A model generated the notes under the pieces. It was not told where the DNA came from. It saw nothing but the letters and a program-made list of their open reading frames with translations, and ran no database searches. A stretch of DNA of 64,000 bases, taken from the NCBI GenBank assembly GCA_963743525.1, contig CAVUQH010000003.1, positions 96,001 to 160,000 on the forward strand, in the 5' to 3' direction. Origin of the DNA: an uncultured delta proteobacterium. Its GTDB lineage: Bacteria > Myxococcota_A > Polyangia > Haliangiales > Haliangiaceae. Position 1 is the stretch's first letter. The number at the start of each line of letters is the position of its first letter. Below are positions 37,065 through 51,541 of this stretch, one piece after another. A program made the position numbers and the translations under genes.

Positions 37065-38021
37065 GTGCGCGTCTTCGTCACCGGCGGCAGCGGCTTCGTC
37101 GGTCGAGCTCTGTGCGCCGCCCTCGCCGAGCGAGGCGATCAGCCGATCGTCCTCACGCGCTCGGTCGAGCGCGCGCGATCGCTGCTGCCCGACGGCACCG
37201 AGCTGGTCGCGGGCGATCCCAGCGGTCCCGGCGACTGGCAGAAGGCGCTGCGCGGCACCGACGCGGTGATCAACCTGGCCGGCGAGAGCCTGGGCGAGCG
37301 GCGGTGGAACGCCCAGGTCAAGCAGCAGATCCACGACAGCCGGGTCGAGTCGACCCGCTTCGTCGTCGAGGGAATCGCGGCGCTGGCCGACGACGTCCGC
37401 CCGCGCGTCCTGGTCAGCGCCAGCGGCATCGACTACTACCCGTTTTCCCTCGACCTGGGCGCCGCCACCAAGTGGGACGAAGACGACGAGGTCGACGAGC
37501 GGGTGCCCCGCGGCGATCACTTCCTCGGCCGGGTGTGCGCCAACTGGGAAGCCGAGGCCCGCCAGGCGATCGCCCTCGGCTGCCGCGTGGTGCTGATGCG
37601 CACCGCGATCGTGCTCGGTCCCGGCGGCCCGCTCGAAGTCATGTCCAAGCCGTTCCGCTTCTTCGTCGGCGGACGTCTGGGCAGCGGCAACCAGTGGATG
37701 TGCTGGATCCACCTCGACGACGCCGTGCGCGGCTACCTGTTCGCGCTCGACACCGAGTCGCTGTCGGGCCCGGTCAACCTGACCTCGCCCGGGCCGGTGC
37801 ACAACCGCGACTTCGCCAAGTCGCTGGGCCGGCACATGCACCGCCCGTCGATCATGCCGGCGCCCGGCTTCGCCGTCCGCGCCGCCGCCGGCGAGTTCGC
37901 CGAATACATCCTCAACGGCCGCCGCGCCGTGCCCCGCGCCCTGACCGACGCCGGCTTCACCTTCGAGCACCCCGAGCTCGACGAAGCCCTGGACGCCGCC
38001 CTGGCCGAGTCCGCCGGCTAG
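37065..38021 (+). CDS. NAD-dependent epimerase-family protein (TIGR01777/YfcH-like)
   Basis: VTGGSGFVG, VINLAGE, RW..K..I.DSRV, LGSGNQWMCWIH. Confidence 0.92.
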   Translation: MRVFVTGGSGFVGRALCAALAERGDQPIVLTRSVERARSLLPDGTELVAGDPSGPGDWQKALRGTDAVINLAGESLGERRWNAQVKQQIHDSRVESTRFVVEGIAALADDVRPRVLVSASGIDYYPFSLDLGAATKWDEDDEVDERVPRGDHFLGRVCANWEAEARQAIALGCRVVLMRTAIVLGPGGPLEVMSKPFRFFVGGRLGSGNQWMCWIHLDDAVRGYLFALDTESLSGPVNLTSPGPVHNRDFAKSLGRHMHRPSIMPAPGFAVRAAAGEFAEYILNGRRAVPRALTDAGFTFEHPELDEALDAALAESAG

Positions 38022-39268
38022 GCTTCCGGACCGCGCGGGGACGCGAGCACCTGGGCGCAGCGCGCCGGCGTCATGATCGGTGCGAGCTCCGGGTCGTAGA
38101 GCAGAACGACCGGCGCGACCTGGGCGTCGTCGACCGGCCACCATGTGCGCAGCATCGGCTCCAGCAGGTGCCACGCGTCGTCGAGCCGGTTGCGTCGCGC
38201 AAGCACCCGCGCGGTCGCGACCGCCTGGTCGAAGTCGAGCAGGTGGGCCTTCGACGGCCACTGCGCGACCATCTCGTCGTGTGCTTCGTAGACCTCGGCG
38301 AGGGCAAAGACGTGGCGCGCCAGCGCGTCGGGCTTGCCGGCGAAGCGCTTGGAGCGGGCCGCGTCCGCTGCGGCCTCGTGGTACTGGGCCAGCTCGTCGG
38401 GGCCGGCGGTGTCGCTGCGTTCGAGCGGGCGCCCGTCGATGAGGCAGGCCCGGGCCATGTCGCGCCGGGCGGCCGGGGCGGCGGCGACAGCCCGTTTGAT
38501 CAAGCCCGGCGTTCCCAGCTGCTGGGCGGCGCGGCGGACGAGCAGGCACGTGTCAGTAAAGACGTTGCCGGCGCCGACGGCGTTCGGGTGGGCGAGGAAG
38601 TCGACGGCAAACGACGTCAACCGCTCCCACTCGCCGCGGAACGCCAGCAGCTCGGCGACCGATGCCGACGCCGCGGCATCTCCGCGCTGTGAGAATCCGA
38701 TCAACGCCTCCAGCGCGAGCTCCGTGTTGCCCAGTCGCGCCTGCGCGGTCGCCTTCTCGCGCGTGCTCGGCGGCGTGGACGCGCGCCGCGGCGGCGGCGT
38801 CTTCGCCGGTGGTTGCCAGCGAACCAGCACACGCGGCTCGATCGGCTCGCCAGGCCACATCTGCACCCGGCAGGTCTGCGTGGCCGCCGAGCGGTGGCTG
38901 ACCCGCGCGCGCAACCGGCGGGCCGGTGCCTTGATTCGCCGCGCATCGGGGTAGTAGTCAGTGGCGCCGGCGACGACCAGGCTGCCGGACGGCGCTTCGA
39001 GGCTGCATTCGGTTACATGGCTCCAGTCCGCCGTGTCATCGGCCGGCTCGCGGTCGAGAAGCTCGATGGTCACCGCGGTGTCGTCGGCCTCTTCGGTGCC
39101 AACCCCGAACACGCCGGGCGCAACCGCGATGCGATCGTCAACCGCCTGCGCAGTCCACGCCTCGGACAGATCGCCGGTGGCACGCTCGTCCTGCACGTAG
39201 AGCTGGTGGTAGTCGGCGAACAGCGTCAGCTGGATCCGTTGCGGGCGCGATCGCGGGAGGAAGCCCAT
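38018..39268 (-). CDS. Hypothetical protein
   Basis: 416-aa ORF filling the gap; beta-rich N-domain (FADYHQLYVQDE) and helical C-domain. Confidence 0.7.
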   Translation of the reverse strand: MGFLPRSRPQRIQLTLFADYHQLYVQDERATGDLSEAWTAQAVDDRIAVAPGVFGVGTEEADDTAVTIELLDREPADDTADWSHVTECSLEAPSGSLVVAGATDYYPDARRIKAPARRLRARVSHRSAATQTCRVQMWPGEPIEPRVLVRWQPPAKTPPPRRASTPPSTREKATAQARLGNTELALEALIGFSQRGDAAASASVAELLAFRGEWERLTSFAVDFLAHPNAVGAGNVFTDTCLLVRRAAQQLGTPGLIKRAVAAAPAARRDMARACLIDGRPLERSDTAGPDELAQYHEAAADAARSKRFAGKPDALARHVFALAEVYEAHDEMVAQWPSKAHLLDFDQAVATARVLARRNRLDDAWHLLEPMLRTWWPVDDAQVAPVVLLYDPELAPIMTPARCAQVLASPRGPEA

Positions 39269-39302
39269 GCCATCACCTCGTCCTTGTCGCCAGCGGCCGG
39301 CG

Positions 39303-40886
<1,584 letters not shown>

Positions 40887-40955
40887 GGCACGCCAGTGTG
40901 ACAAGACGTCACAAAGGAAATCAACCCACTTGCCCCTGCCACCGACTGACAACCG

Positions 40956-41608
<653 letters not shown>

Positions 41609-41612
<4 letters not shown>

Positions 41613-43228
41613 GCGTGCTCGAGCTGTTTGCCGACCAGTGTGGCGACGCCGTAACCGAGCATCGACAGCCACGCCATGGCGGCGCCGGGCAGCCACAGCA
41701 CCCCGCTCAGACCACCCTTGAGGTGGGCGCCGATGTCGCCGGCGATCAAGAGGGTGGTGATCGAGGCGATGAGCGGCAGGAAGATCCACAGCCAGGCGAA
41801 GATGATCGACGCACCGCCGCTGGGCGCGGGCAGCCACGCGAGCAGCGACAGCGCCGCGAGCACGAACGGCAGCAGCTGGAGGATGATCCCCACCTTGGCC
41901 TTGCCCGGGGCATCGCCCAGGCTCTTGAACGCCGCGACCAACATCGGCTTGTCGTCGTAGGCGGCCTGCGGGATGAGGAAGAAGGCGATGACGCACAGCG
42001 CGCCGACGGTGACCATGATGCGGCTGGCCATCGACGCCTTGTACTGCGATCGGATGACCAGTCCCGCGACCAGCGTCATCCCACCGACGACCTTGAGGGC
42101 CGAGGTCGGCTCGATCTTCGGCACCAGGATGAAACCGAGATAGACGATCGGCACCAACCCGAGCAGCGTGGCGCTGAGTCCGCGTCCGGCGCTGGGCAGG
42201 GGCAGGAGGCCGAGGAGGATCGCCAGCACACCGGTGCCGGGAATCAGCAGGGCGAAGATCTTGGCCTTGGTCGGCGCATCGCCGAGGCCGGTCCAGGCGA
42301 AGATGGTCTTGTCGCCGATCGACCACGGCGCGACGAACGCGACCACCAGCACGATGCCGAAGATCAGCATGATCAGGCGCAGGGTGCCTTCCCACGGCTC
42401 GACCGGGGAGTCCATGCGCGCGGCGGTCTGCGACGCCAGGTAGGGCGGCGGCGCCAGCGGTCGCACCTGCTCGGTCTGCGGGTTGCCCTGCATCGGCTGT
42501 GGCACGCCGCCCATCCCCTGGGGAGGACCACCGTATCCCTGGGGAGGACCACCGTATCCCTGGGGCGGGCCTCCCTGGGGAGGACCACCGTATCCCGGCG
42601 GCGGACCGCCCATGCCCGGGGGACCACCTTGCGGCGGGCCGCCGTAGCCGGGCGGAGGACCACCCATGCCGGGCGGGGGACCCATCGGAGTCGCGCCGGC
42701 GCCTGGCGGCGGGCCGCCGTAACCTTGCGGCGGACCACCCTGGGGCGGACCGCCATAGCCGGGCGGGGGGCCGCCTTGCGGCGGACCGCCATAGCCGGGC
42801 GGGGGACCACCTTGCGGCGGACCGCCATAGCCGGGCGGGGGACCACCTTGCGGCGGACCGCCCATGCCGGGCGGGGGACCGCCCATACCGGGCGGGGGAC
42901 CGCCAGCGCCCATCGGCGGCGGGCCGAGCTGTTCGGCCATGATCGTCTTGGCGCCACCTGGATCGCCGCCTGACGGCGGGCCCATCGGGGGCGCCTGCGG
43001 TGCCGGTTGCGGCGCCTGCGGTGCGGGTGCGGGCGCCGCTGGCCCGGCTGATGCCCCGGCCTGCTTCTGCTGCTCGATGTTCTTCAGCAGGTCGGCAGCC
43101 GCGTAGCCCATGATGGTCTTGGCCTGGGCGCCACCCGCCGGCGCCGCCGGCTGCTTGGCTCCGCAGAACACGCAGTGCATCGCCGCATCGTTCGGAAGCT
43201 CCCGTCCGCAACTGACGCAGGTCTTCAA
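41609..43228 (-). CDS. Zinc-ribbon, Gly/Pro-rich, multi-TM membrane protein
   Basis: CVSCG..CVFCG, GGPPQGGPPPGY repeats, about 8 hydrophobic helices; TTG start with GGAGG RBS. Confidence 0.85.
42500..42920 (-). repeat. Imperfect coding repeats (GGPPQGGPPPGY/M)
   Basis: Repeated GGACCACC/GGACCGCC units. Confidence 0.85.
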
Positions 43229-43359
43229 GTCATCGCCTCCCGACTGCGCGCAAGTCAGCGCGCCTCCTCGCGTAGCTCACCCCCCCGGCGAACGCCGCGA
43301 AGTGCCACGAGTATAGGCCCTATCGACGCGAATCTGTCAATCGCGGTACCGTCCGGAAC

Positions 43360-44664
43360 ATGGCCAGTTCGGGGGAGGTCAGAGGGCATGCGATGCGGCT
43401 CTTCGCGCGCGGTGAGCCGATGCATGCATTGCGTCTGTACGACTCGATCGTGAGCGCCGCTCCGCTCGACTTCGGCGCGCGATTGCACGTTGCCGACTGC
43501 CTGGTTGCGCTCGGCGAGCGCGACCTCGCGGCCGAGGTCTATCGCGCTGTCGCCTGGTACACGCTGAAGGCGGGACATCCCCTCACCGCGGTGGTGTCGG
43601 CGCGGGTGCTGGAGGAGGTGTTGGGCGGCGAGGCCGACGACCTCATGGCCGCGCTGGTGGTCCGCTACGGTAGTGAATCCGAGCTCGTAGGGCGGTTTGC
43701 CGCCCGTATCAACGTACCGCCGGACGCCACCGAGGTGGCGGCGCCGCCGGACCTGCGGGCCCCGGTTCCGGATGGTTTCGCCGCCGCCGCCGCCCATCGC
43801 GCCACCCACTGTGTGGACGACTTCACCGAGTATCCGGAGGCGGTGCATCCGATCCCGCTGTTGTCGACCTTGTCCGAGGAGTCGTTCCGCCGGGTGCTTC
43901 GCACGCTGGTGGTGCGGCGCCTGCCCGACGGCACCGCCATCATCCGCCAGGGGGAGCCGGGCGAGTCGTTCTACTTCGTCGCCACGGGCGAGGTGCGGGT
44001 GTTCGTCAACGACGCGATGGGCCGCGAGAAGGATCTGGCCCACCTGCACGACGGCTCGGTTTTCGGCGAGATGGCGCTGCTCAGCGCCGAGCCGCGCAGC
44101 GCCTCGGTGGCGGCGGTGGGCGAGGCCGATCTGCTCGAGGTGACCCGCCAGTCGCTGGAGACCCTGGCTGGCGAGCTGGAACAGGTGGCCTCGGCGCTGC
44201 AGGGCTTCACCCAGGAGCGCCTCTTGCGCAATCTGATGGCGACCAACCGGCTGTTTCGCCCGTTCGACCGCTCGCAGCAGCGCGATCTGCTGCGCCGCTT
44301 CACCAGCCACGAGGCGATGCCGGGCACCGAGATCATCCGCGAGGGCAGCGAGGGCACCGGCCTGTTCGTGGTCCTGACCGGGGAGCTGTCGGTGTCCAAG
44401 GCGGGCACGCCGCTGGCCACCCTGCGCGCCGGCGACCTGGTCGGCGAGATGTCGATCATGGCCGGCGGCCCGACTACGGCCACGGTGACCGCCGCCACCC
44501 GGGCCACCGTGCTGTTCCTCGCCCGCGAGTACGTCGAGCGGATGGTCGCCGGGGTGCCCGAGATCCGCGACTACCTGCAGGCGCTGAGCGAGGACCGCAC
44601 CCTGGACACGCAGATGGCGATGGCCGACGACGATGTAGGTGAGGACGAGATCATCTTCATCTGA
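43360..44664 (+). CDS. Tandem cyclic-nucleotide-binding domain protein
   Basis: IIRQGEPG..FGEMALL..PRSAS and a second IIREGSEG..VGEMSIM; TPR-like N-terminus. Confidence 0.9.
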   Translation: MASSGEVRGHAMRLFARGEPMHALRLYDSIVSAAPLDFGARLHVADCLVALGERDLAAEVYRAVAWYTLKAGHPLTAVVSARVLEEVLGGEADDLMAALVVRYGSESELVGRFAARINVPPDATEVAAPPDLRAPVPDGFAAAAAHRATHCVDDFTEYPEAVHPIPLLSTLSEESFRRVLRTLVVRRLPDGTAIIRQGEPGESFYFVATGEVRVFVNDAMGREKDLAHLHDGSVFGEMALLSAEPRSASVAAVGEADLLEVTRQSLETLAGELEQVASALQGFTQERLLRNLMATNRLFRPFDRSQQRDLLRRFTSHEAMPGTEIIREGSEGTGLFVVLTGELSVSKAGTPLATLRAGDLVGEMSIMAGGPTTATVTAATRATVLFLAREYVERMVAGVPEIRDYLQALSEDRTLDTQMAMADDDVGEDEIIFI

Positions 44665-44756
44665 GCCGGCCGCCGGCCCCATCCGACCGGAATCACACGC
44701 GAGGTGTGGATAACCACGGGCGCGCCAAGGGCCCGGAAGCTATAATCGAGAGGCCC

Positions 44757-46608
<1,852 letters not shown>

Positions 46609-46717
46609 CGTCTCGGCTCCCGGGTCAGAAATCTGACCCGGGGTTGGCAACCGTCACGGGCTTCGTTCCGATAGAGGGACGAGGCCCGTGGTCGTTTGGG
46701 CCCGAGGAGTCAGAAGC

Positions 46718-49534
46718 ATGCGCCCGTGGAAATCGTTCGTCGTCGGCCTGGCGTTGGTCACTGGATGCGGAGTTGCGCTGCACGCGCCGCCCGCCCCCGA
46801 TCGCAAACTGCAGGTTGACACCACAATCGATGCGCTGGCGCTGAAGAACGGCGCGCGCGTGATGCTGGTCCACGACAGCACCACCGACCTGGTGCACGTG
46901 GCCGCGCGCTACGACGTCGGCGCCACCGAGGATCCGCCGGGCAAGCACGGCATGGCCCACCTGGCCGAGCACCTCAGCTTCCTGCTCCGCTTCGGCGGTC
47001 AGCGCCTGGACGAGAAGCTGTCGTCGGTGTCGCTGGTCTACAACGCCTACACCGATCTCGACGTCACCCACTACTACAGCGTCGGCAGTGACAGCGAGCT
47101 CGAGGCGCTGCTGCGCATCGAGGCGTCGCGGCTGATGCCGGGGCTGTGCCAGACGATCTCGGACGACGACTTCGCCCGCGAGCGCGAGGTGGTGCTCAAC
47201 GAAATGCGCACGCGCTATCACAAGGGCGCGACCGAGATCACCGATCTCATCAACGACGCCGTCTACGGCAAGGGTCACCCGTACGATCGGCGCATCATCG
47301 GCACCGAGGAGCAGGTGGCCAGCATCACCAAGCAGGAGGCGTGCGCGTTCATCGACCGCTACTACGTGCCCGCGCACGTCACCGTGATCATCACCGGCAA
47401 CGCCATCCGCGAGGCGTTCGGCGCCGCGGTTGAGAAGACCCTGGCCACCGTGCCCGGTCGGGCCCCGGTGCCGGCTCACCGCCCCAACCGCGTGACCATT
47501 CACCACGCCACCCACGAGTACAAGTTGCCGGTCGACGCGGCGCAGCTCTACCTGGTGTGGACGCTGCCGCCGATGCTCACCCCCGAGCGGGCGGCCGCGG
47601 AGATGGCGCTCGACCAGGTCGACAGCGAGGCCAGCTACTTTGCCGGCCAGCACGGCTTCGCCACCAGCGTCAGCACCTTCCACATGGGCGGCGCCTTCGC
47701 TCCGCTGGCGGTGATGTCGGTGCGGCTGACCTCGCCGGGCAAGGCCGGCGACGCCCTGGATTGGATCCGCAAGGCGGTCGACCGGGCCGACGACGATCTC
47801 GACGAAGACGTCTTCGTCGCCGCCAAGCAGCAGGCGCTGACCGACCTGGTGCGCGGCTTCGATTCGCTGGGCGGGCGGGCCAATCGCTTCGCCGACTACC
47901 TGCAGATGGTCGACGGAAAGCGCGGCTACTTCATCCAGGAGATGGAGCGCTACGACCACATCAGCCGCGGCGACGTGCGCAAGCACCTGCACGACTTCAA
48001 CGTCGGCAAGGCGGCGGTGCTGAAGATCATCCCCGACGCCACCGCCGGCAGCGATTACCACCAGGTGGCCGTCACCTACGGCGGTATGTCGCACGAGACC
48101 GGCCAGCTCGACGCGCCGGTGGCCGACGATGCCGGCGACAAGCCGCTGGACGTGCCGCTGTCGATGTCGCGCATCGCCGACGCGCGCCTGTTCACCCTCG
48201 ACAACGGCCTGCGCGTGGCGCTCTTGCCGTCGTCGGCGGTGCCGATCGTCGACATCCGGCTGGTGTTCGGCTCGGGCTCGGCGGTCGAGCCCGGCGACCG
48301 CGGCGGCGTCGCCTTCATCGCCGGCAACATGCTCGGCCTCGACTGGAGCGAGACGTCGCGCAGCGAGGTCAAGTCGGCGGTCAGCTTCTTCCGCGTCGGC
48401 GGCTCGGTCCGCGCCTACGTCAACGACGACACCACGACGTTCCGCGTGGTCGGTCTGGACGGCTACGTCAACGTGCTGCTGCGCGGGCTCGAGCGCACGG
48501 TCAAGGCCGGCGTCTACAACCAGCGCAGGATCGAGAAGCTGCGCAGCGCCATCGCCAAGCAGCTCAGCGAGGCCGGCGTGGTCGAGTCACAGGCGCGCAA
48601 CAAGGCGCTGTACGCGGCCGTCTTCGGGCCCAATCACCCGTACGCGACTCACGGCTTCTGGACCGCCAGGTCGTTCCGCCACATCGGCAGCGACGACGCC
48701 AACGACTACAAGAGCAGCAACTTCGTCGCTGCCAACGGCATGCTGATCATCTCCGGCAAGTTCGACCCCGACCTGGTGGAGCAGCACGTCCGCTACAACT
48801 TCGCACCCTGGGGCTCGGGCCACGCGGCCACGGTCGCCGACGCTCCTGCGATCGACCACGGCTCCGCGGTGGTGGTGCCGAGCACGGATCGGCCGACGGT
48901 GTCGATCTCCATCGCCTACCCGACCCCCGACGGCGTCCAGCGCGACTACGCCGTGTGGAAGGTGCTGGCCGAGATCCTGTCCCGGCGGGTCTCCTCCGTG
49001 CGCAGCGAGCTGGGCGCCTCCTACGGCATGAGCGCCCGGCTGATCACCAACATGGGTCCGGGCATGCTGCTGATCAGCGGCGACGTCAACCGCCGCCGCG
49101 CCGGTGAAGCGCTGCGCGCCGTGCTGGCCGAGATCGAGCAGCTGCGCCACGGCGGCTACGACGCCGACCTGGCCCTGGCCCGCCGCGACGTCGCGGCTCG
49201 CCTGGCCGCCACCACCAACAGCGCCGACAGCACCGCCGACAACCTGACCTTCGAGCTCGAGCACGACCTCAGCAGCCACTGGCTGGCCGTGCTGGTGAAC
49301 AAGGTCGCCCACGTCACCCCGCCCGAGATTCAGCACATCCTCGACAACCAGCTGGCGCCGAAGCACCAGAGCATCATCGTCTACGGCCCCAGGTCGGACG
49401 CGCAGAACGCGCTGGACGTCGCGCGCGCGCCGGCTCCCGTGAAGAAGCCGGCGCCGCCGAAGACGCAGGCCACCGACGCGGCACCAGCGGCCGCGCCGGC
49501 ACCGGCACCGGTCAGTCCTTCAGCGCCTCGTTGA
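46718..49534 (+). CDS. M16 (insulinase/pitrilysin) zinc peptidase lipoprotein
   Basis: Lipobox VTGC, GMAHLAEH, NAYT, EREVVLNE; duplicated second half (LDNGLRV). Confidence 0.92.
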   Translation: MRPWKSFVVGLALVTGCGVALHAPPAPDRKLQVDTTIDALALKNGARVMLVHDSTTDLVHVAARYDVGATEDPPGKHGMAHLAEHLSFLLRFGGQRLDEKLSSVSLVYNAYTDLDVTHYYSVGSDSELEALLRIEASRLMPGLCQTISDDDFAREREVVLNEMRTRYHKGATEITDLINDAVYGKGHPYDRRIIGTEEQVASITKQEACAFIDRYYVPAHVTVIITGNAIREAFGAAVEKTLATVPGRAPVPAHRPNRVTIHHATHEYKLPVDAAQLYLVWTLPPMLTPERAAAEMALDQVDSEASYFAGQHGFATSVSTFHMGGAFAPLAVMSVRLTSPGKAGDALDWIRKAVDRADDDLDEDVFVAAKQQALTDLVRGFDSLGGRANRFADYLQMVDGKRGYFIQEMERYDHISRGDVRKHLHDFNVGKAAVLKIIPDATAGSDYHQVAVTYGGMSHETGQLDAPVADDAGDKPLDVPLSMSRIADARLFTLDNGLRVALLPSSAVPIVDIRLVFGSGSAVEPGDRGGVAFIAGNMLGLDWSETSRSEVKSAVSFFRVGGSVRAYVNDDTTTFRVVGLDGYVNVLLRGLERTVKAGVYNQRRIEKLRSAIAKQLSEAGVVESQARNKALYAAVFGPNHPYATHGFWTARSFRHIGSDDANDYKSSNFVAANGMLIISGKFDPDLVEQHVRYNFAPWGSGHAATVADAPAIDHGSAVVVPSTDRPTVSISIAYPTPDGVQRDYAVWKVLAEILSRRVSSVRSELGASYGMSARLITNMGPGMLLISGDVNRRRAGEALRAVLAEIEQLRHGGYDADLALARRDVAARLAATTNSADSTADNLTFELEHDLSSHWLAVLVNKVAHVTPPEIQHILDNQLAPKHQSIIVYGPRSDAQNALDVARAPAPVKKPAPPKTQATDAAPAAAPAPAPVSPSAPR

Positions 49535-50990
49535 GGACCGCGCGGAAGAATTTGATCGGCAGGCCGCCGGAGACGATGCGGCCGTTGATGAAGAAGGTCG
49601 GGGTTCCGCTGACGCCCAAGGTTTCGCCTTCCTTTTCTTCGGCGTTGACCTGGGCGCGGAACTGGTGGCTGTCGAGGGCGGCGCGCAGGCGGGGCACGTC
49701 CAGGCCGGCCTGCTTGGCGTAGGCGAGGAGGGCCTTGCGGGTCAGGTCGTCCTGGTTGGCGATCATCAGGTCGTGGAGCTCCCAGAACTTGCCCTGGTCG
49801 GCGGCGGCCAGACCGGCTTCCGCGGCCAGCGGTCCGAACTTGGTCACCGGGAAGGTCTTGACCACCAGGCGCACCTTCCCCGGGTGCTCGTCCATGAGCT
49901 GGTCGATGGTGCCCAGCACCTTGCCGCAATGCTCGCAGCCGAAGTCGGTGTAGTCGTAGATGATCACCGGGGCGTCAACCGGTCCGCGGCTGCGCGCGGG
50001 GTCGGGCTTCAGCGTGGCGTAGAGGGCCGGATCGACCGGCGTGCCCGGCTGCGGACCGTCGGTGGGGATCGGTAGCAGGTCCGCCAGGGTCGGTTCTGGC
50101 GCCGCTGGTAGCTCGGGCTGGTCGGGACGCACCTGCAGCTGCGGAACAGCTTGTGCGTGCTCGGTCGGCGTCGCGTGATCGACGGCGATCGGTGCGGCGG
50201 TGTTCTGCTCTTCGGTGGGTGAGGCGCTGGTGTGAGTCGCGCCGACGTAGATGGCGGCGGCGGCGGCGAGGGCGCCGGCGGTGGCGATGGCGAATTTCAT
50301 GGTTCCTCCGTGTCCGTTTGGGGGTGCGTGTTCAGCACGGAACGGAGCCACACTGCCGGCAGCCGGCAGCGATGCCACCACCACGGCGGCAAACCCCTTC
50401 TTTGGTCGCGACGCGGCCAGCGTCGTCTCGACCACGCTGGCGACCTGGCTCTCCAGCTGCTTGCGCCCGCGCGACAGCCGCTGGGCGGCGGCGTCCTCGC
50501 CGATGCCCAGTGCGGCCGCGACCTCGCGCAGCGACTTGCCCTCTCGGTAGTAGAGGACCAGCGCTTCGCGATAGGTGACCGGCACCCGGCGCAGCGACTC
50601 CCAGACGATCCGCTCGGACTCGGCCGCCATGGCGTCGTCGAGCGGTGAGGTCGCCTCCGGCTGGCCGCGCGCCTCGATCGACCTTTCGTCGACCGGGACC
50701 TCGCGGCCACGCCGCCGGGCCGCCTTGCGCGCCAGGTTGCGCGCGATGGCGCACAGCCACGACCGCAGCTTGCCCGCCTCGCGCAGGTCGCCCAGCTGGC
50801 GCCAGGCGGCGAGGAAGGTGTCCTGGGCCACGTCCTCGCTCAGCGCGCGGTCGCCCACGGCGCTGAACGAGACCGCGCAGACCAGGTTCTGGTAGCGCTC
50901 GACCAGGTGGCCGAAGGCGGCCCGCTCGCCGCGGCGGCTGGCGGCCAGAAGCTCGGCGTCAGACGGGATGGCTCGTTCCATGCTGTTCAT
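49512..50990 (-). CDS. ECF sigma factor fused to TM helix and DsbA/thioredoxin-fold domain
   Basis: Region 2 (SEDVAQDTFL, RSWLCAIARN) and region 4, then TM, then YTDFGCEHC, QGKFWELHD, GVSGTPTFFING in one frame. Confidence 0.88.
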   Translation of the reverse strand: MNSMERAIPSDAELLAASRRGERAAFGHLVERYQNLVCAVSFSAVGDRALSEDVAQDTFLAAWRQLGDLREAGKLRSWLCAIARNLARKAARRRGREVPVDERSIEARGQPEATSPLDDAMAAESERIVWESLRRVPVTYREALVLYYREGKSLREVAAALGIGEDAAAQRLSRGRKQLESQVASVVETTLAASRPKKGFAAVVVASLPAAGSVAPFRAEHAPPNGHGGTMKFAIATAGALAAAAAIYVGATHTSASPTEEQNTAAPIAVDHATPTEHAQAVPQLQVRPDQPELPAAPEPTLADLLPIPTDGPQPGTPVDPALYATLKPDPARSRGPVDAPVIIYDYTDFGCEHCGKVLGTIDQLMDEHPGKVRLVVKTFPVTKFGPLAAEAGLAAADQGKFWELHDLMIANQDDLTRKALLAYAKQAGLDVPRLRAALDSHQFRAQVNAEEKEGETLGVSGTPTFFINGRIVSGGLPIKFFRAVLNEALKD

Positions 50991-51040
50991 GGGTTCTCCG
51001 AGGCCCCCCGCACCTGACAGAAAAATGCGATCATTCCGCC

Positions 51041-51532
51041 GTGCCCGGTCCGCACCGCATCCACGTCGCCCGCGAGCGCCACAAGTTCTCGTGCGCGCAC
51101 ATGACGGTGTTCCCCGACGGCCGCGCCGAGCGGCTGCACGGGCACAACTACTACCTGTCGGTCGAGGTCGAGCTGGCCGACATCGCCTTCGAGCGCATGG
51201 TCGAGTTCGAGTCGCTCAAGCAGGCGCTGGCCTCGATCTGCGACGAATGGCGCGAGCACCTGCTGCTGGCCGCCAACAATCCGTTCCTCGACATCGTCAG
51301 CGACACCGACGACGAGCTCGAGTTTCGCCTGTGCGGGCGCCGCTACGTGGTGCCGCGGCACGATGCGCTGCTCCTGCCGATCGACAACAGCTCGGTCGAG
51401 GCACTCAGCGCCCATGCCGCGGAGCTGCTGATCGCGCGTGCACCGGTGCTGGCCGACCCGGCCGTGGTCGGCGTGCGCGTGACCGTCGAAGAGAGCCCCG
51501 GTCAGGGCGCCAGCAGCTTTCGCGTCGGCTGA
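51041..51532 (+). CDS. queD: 6-pyruvoyl-tetrahydropterin synthase / QueD family
   Basis: FSCAH, RLHGHNY, NSSVEALS, VEESPGQ. Confidence 0.8.
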   Translation: MPGPHRIHVARERHKFSCAHMTVFPDGRAERLHGHNYYLSVEVELADIAFERMVEFESLKQALASICDEWREHLLLAANNPFLDIVSDTDDELEFRLCGRRYVVPRHDALLLPIDNSSVEALSAHAAELLIARAPVLADPAVVGVRVTVEESPGQGASSFRVG

Positions 51533-51541
51533 GCGGCGCAC

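Noticed and set aside
50991..51040. preQ1 riboswitch before queD
   Set aside because: 50-bp divergent gap without the aptamer stem and A-rich tail pattern
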